NCBI GenBank assembly: GCA_963848295.1
Contig: CAWKDB010000008.1
Coordinates: 1-16,595, forward strand
Source: an uncultured delta proteobacterium
GTDB lineage: Bacteria; Myxococcota_A; Polyangia; Haliangiales; Haliangiaceae
DNA: 16,595 bases
Direction: 5' to 3'
Position numbers and translations under genes: made by a program. Under the pieces are notes generated by a model, which saw only the letters and a list, made by a program, of their open reading frames with translations, was not told where the DNA came from and did not search any database. This document shows positions 16,526 to 16,595 of the stretch, piece by piece. Every line of letters begins with the position of its first letter. Position 1 is the stretch's first letter.

Positions 16526-16595
16526 GCCGCTCGGCCGCCGAGGAGTGCGCCGATCTGCTCCGGCGTGAACCCGTACTCGGCGAGCACCTCGAGCG
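16522..16595 (-). CDS. 3' end of a convergent gene, possibly CaiB/BaiF CoA-transferase family III
   Basis: LEVLAEYGFTPEQIGALLGGRAA* resembles the usual C-terminus of that family; only 23 residues are visible. Confidence 0.45.
   Translation of the reverse strand, partial: LEVLAEYGFTPEQIGALLGGRAA

Noticed and set aside
1..16595. CRISPR array, tRNA, rRNA
   Set aside because: None seen.

Overview
High-GC window with a myxobacterial gene repertoire (Myxococcota-like, inferred from gene families). It carries secreted and lipoprotein genes, a Sel1-like protein, an ECF sigma factor head-to-head with a zinc-finger/Ser-Thr kinase, a second kinase operon, a His-tailed EamA transporter, a PHB-depolymerase-type esterase with a sigma54 promoter, and a heavily frameshifted FHA-sigma54 activator. 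The most striking signal is a 519-bp transposase-less element (9390-9908) inserted between two convergent stop codons. It has a TTAG target duplication, TACTTC(A/G)CCAC terminal inverted repeats, inner inverted (AGCCCG)4 hexamer arrays and one four-helix-bundle ORF. A related end sequence at 2062-2101 opens a second, ORF-less hairpin element. Separately, a ~165-nt structured repeat with compensatory base changes occurs twice (47-215 +, 4961-5125 -). Several genes look leaderless, with a -10 box 6-8 nt before the start codon. All family assignments are by eye; no searches were run.
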